A stretch of DNA of 64,000 nt, taken from the NCBI RefSeq assembly GCF_006345805.1, contig NC_043003.1:27342001-27406000 (forward strand), in the 5' to 3' direction. The notes beneath the pieces are model-generated. The model ran no database searches. It was not told where the DNA came from and saw only the letters and a list, made by a program, of their open reading frames with translations. This document shows, piece by piece, positions 62,944 through 64,000 of the stretch. The stretch is from Octopus sinensis (Eukaryota). The position numbers were made by a program, and so were the translations under genes. Numbering within the stretch: the stretch's first letter is position 1; the number at the start of each line of letters is the position of its first letter.

Positions 62944-63443
62944 TTCTTGATCATTTTTTTTTACATATAGACCCCTTTTATTCCTATTTTACTTTGGTGG
63001 ATCATCTTAGCCATTCAATGTTTAAAAAATCTCACTTTTATTATTAGGACTTGTATAAAAATTATTACTGGCACAATTTTTTCATGGTACCTAAAAAAAT
63101 GACCACTGACCCCTAATTTCCTATATTGCATCCATGGACCCTGGTTGAGAACCTTTGCACTAAATGTTTAATGTCAAGTGTCATGAAACAAAGTAAGATA
63201 TACAACAGGTGTGTGTTGTGTATTATGAGGAAGGCAGTATGAGATGTGACCTCTCCACTTATTGTAAGAAATTTTTTCTGTATATGCTAACAGGCTGTTA
63301 TATTTTGAATTACTTTCAATATTTTATTTGTTACAATTATTGTGCCTAGTGAACTGTTTATTCAGCTCCTTGGTTGACAGTACTTAGTCTCCTCTGCATA
63401 ATACAACCACTTCGGAGATAAGGCAATTTTTAGACACATTTAA

Positions 63444-63659
63444 CCCTTTGGCATTCAAATTACTTTGTCAAAAGGAATCTTTATTCACATTAAAAAAAAA
63501 TTAATCATGCATCATCTTGTAGCTTCAAGATTTTGAGGATGTGATTGTTTATTTTTAGATTAACATTGTAGGTTGGTATGAGAGGTTGAATTTGACCAGA
63601 TTCAAAATAAAACAGGTAGAACATTTAGGTTGGATATGGCTTGTTTAAATGCTAAAGGG
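63444..63659. mobile_element. piggyBac-like MITE
   Basis: TTAA-CCCTTT...AAAGGG-TTAA. Confidence 0.85.
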
Positions 63660-64000
63660 TTAAAATTAAAATGAAACTGCATCATATTTGCCAACAAGTC
63701 TGTGTGTATGCATACAAAAATTTATAAGTTTGTTTCCCAACCACATGGTTTTGGTTCCACTGTAAGGTACATAGCACAGATGTCTTCTACCACAGTCTTG
63801 TGAGTGGATTTGTTAAACAGAAAATGTAAGAAGCCCATCGTGGGTATGTATGTGTTTTTTGTGTATATATATATAATATAGATAGATATATCATGTGTAC
63901 ACTTTTCCATGCTTGCATTGGTTGTAAGCAGTTTCAGACAGATTTTCTCTGCCCAGATGCCTTTCCTACCACCAGTCCTGACATTTCCAATCTAGGTAAG

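Overview
AT-rich, repeat-dominated metazoan DNA. The repeat repertoire (RTE, CR1 and Penelope retroelements, tRNA-derived SINEs, dense (TA)n/(CA)n) suggests an octopod cephalopod; this is an inference. Most of the window is transposon debris: three RTE LINE copies (one with an intact ~770-codon frame containing a PHD-type finger), CR1/L2-group LINEs, Penelope-like elements with minimal hammerhead ribozymes, restriction-like-endonuclease (RLE) retroelement fragments, pogo, mariner, maT and piggyBac relics, long-TIR MITEs with telomere-like cores, two solo-LTR-like inserts and several fold-back palindromes. One clear host gene is present, a full-length U2 snRNA (30908-31097). There is a possible first coding exon in a CpG-retaining promoter zone near 58.2 kb. 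The most unusual feature is an intact, intronless 266-codon ORF with two death-domain-like halves (13137-13937, minus). It sits 326 nt downstream of the 3' end of a CRE-like retrotransposon, and the same CRE-tail + spacer + ORF unit recurs in opposite orientation at 18050-20282. This could be a retrotransposon carrying a death-fold cargo gene, or a host gene duplicated with a CRE relic. All family calls are by eye from motifs, with no database search; element boundaries are approximate unless a TSD or TIR is quoted.
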